NCBI GenBank assembly: GCA_002269645.1
Contig: NIVC01004335.1
Span: 1-50,004, forward strand
Reading direction: 5' to 3'
DNA length: 50,004 bases
DNA from: Macrostomum lignano
Taxonomy: Eukaryota
Numbering within the stretch: position 1 is the first letter of the stretch; every line of letters starts with the position of its first letter. A model generated the notes under the pieces. It worked only from the letters and a program-made list of their open reading frames with translations. It was not told where the DNA came from and did not search any database. A program made the translations under genes and the position numbers. Of the stretch, positions 48,685-50,004 are shown in pieces.

Positions 48685-49225
48685 CCTGACCAATAAGAGA
48701 ACAGCAGGCCGAGTAATCTCCTGAACAATGAGAGAACAGCAGGCCTAGAAATATCTCCTGACCAATGAGAGAACAGCAGGCCTAGAAATATCTCCTGACC
48801 AACGAGAGAACAGCAGGCCGAGTAATCCGAGTAATCTCCTGACAAATGAGAGAACAGAAGGCCCCAGAAATATCTCCTGACCATTGAGAGAACAGAAGGC
48901 CCCAGTAATCTCCTGACCTATGAGAGAACAGAAGGCCCAGTAATATCTCCTGACCAATGAGAGAACAGAAGGCCCAGTAATATCTCCTGACCAATGAGAG
49001 AACAGCAGGCCTAGAAATATCTCCTGACCAATGAGAGAACAGAGGCCTAATATCTCCTGACCAATGAGAGAACAGCAGGCCTAGAAATATCTCCTGACCA
49101 ATGAGAGAACAGCAGGCCTAGAAATATCTCCTGACCAATGAGAGAACAGCAGGCCTAGAAATATCTCCTGACCAATGAGAGAACAGAAGGCCGAGTAATA
49201 TCTCCTGACCAATGAGAGAAGAGCA
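48685..49225. repeat. ~37-bp minisatellite atatctcctgaccaatgagagaacagcaggcctagaa
   Basis: About 14 copies downstream of the protease stop. Confidence 0.94.
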
Positions 49226-49629
49226 GGCCTTCCGACAGAGTAGAGTGCTGTACGAGCGTACCGCAGTGTTATATCCATTATATTCATTACTTACGCACAT
49301 GAAACATTTGCGCTGACACTGGTGAAAAAGTATTACAACTAATTATCAAGTACTTTCTTATTAATGAGATATGATAATTCTCTATAAACTTAACTCTCCT
49401 ACTTAATCTGCTATAGTGCTTGGATCAAAGAAGCGGTGGTTCTTTTATTCAATTGCTGAAGTTTGATAAACTGCTTTAATACGAAAATAAACAAAATTCA
49501 TTATTACGTAGTTCACTGCGATTCATAAGACTACCGGATATCGCTTCCAGATTTTTGAAGCTTAGTTGCATTGCGATTAAATTTAAGCTTTTCAATAGAT
49601 TTGGGAGTAATATTAGACTGCAATGCTAA

Positions 49630-50004
49630 TCTTATAATTCTGATGGAGATCGCATACGTATCTCAGGGAGATCTCATATAATTCTGATAGAAATCTGATG
49701 GGAATCTGATGGAAATCTCATAAAAATCTGATGGAAAATCTCTTGGGAAATATGATGGAAATCTCATGGGATATCTGATAGAAATGTGATGAGAAATCTG
49801 ATAGAAATGTGATGAGAAATCTGATGAAATGTGATGCGAAATTTGATGTAAATCTCATGGAATCTGATGTAAATTTGGGAATCTGATGGAAATCTCTTAG
49901 GACATCTGATGGAAATCTCTTGAAAATTGGATTGGAAATCTGATGGATATCTCTTGGAAATCTGATGGGATATTTGAATGGAAATATCTTGGGAAATCTT
50001 GGGG
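49630..50004. repeat. Degenerate repeat with aaatctgatgg/aaatctc seeds
   Basis: Imperfect periodicity running to the window end. Confidence 0.7.

Overview
Eukaryotic (metazoan) genomic DNA. GC-rich exons separated by minisatellite-filled introns suggest a flatworm such as Macrostomum, but this is a stylistic inference only. Three parts. (1) 1-11890, minus strand: the 5' portion of a large Ty3/gypsy-type LTR retroelement. It has a 668-bp LTR (11223-11890, 11-bp terminal inverted repeats), a tRNA-Glu primer-binding site (11208-11221), and a ~4.3-kb leader carrying two unknown, divergently oriented ORFs. Its gene order is unusual: gag - env - protease - RT - RNase H (integrase and 3' LTR are outside the window). 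The env-like glycoprotein is in frame with Gag, starts at an internal signal peptide, shows class III viral fusogen cysteine and helix motifs, has a Thr-rich mucin-like insert between two furin sites, and ends in a TM helix just before the protease. This is the main candidate novel system. (2) 13.5-21 kb: three 3' exons of a CCDC148-like gene (+) and an intronless, atypical HES/hairy bHLH-WRPW gene (-). (3) 34.6-48.6 kb: a 20-exon Tequila/neurotrypsin-like mosaic serine protease (+). About 25 unrelated tandem repeats fill introns and intergenic space. Both the retroelement and the host protease carry single-base frameshifts, several in homopolymers, which look like long-read assembly errors. 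All homology calls are by eye; no searches were run.
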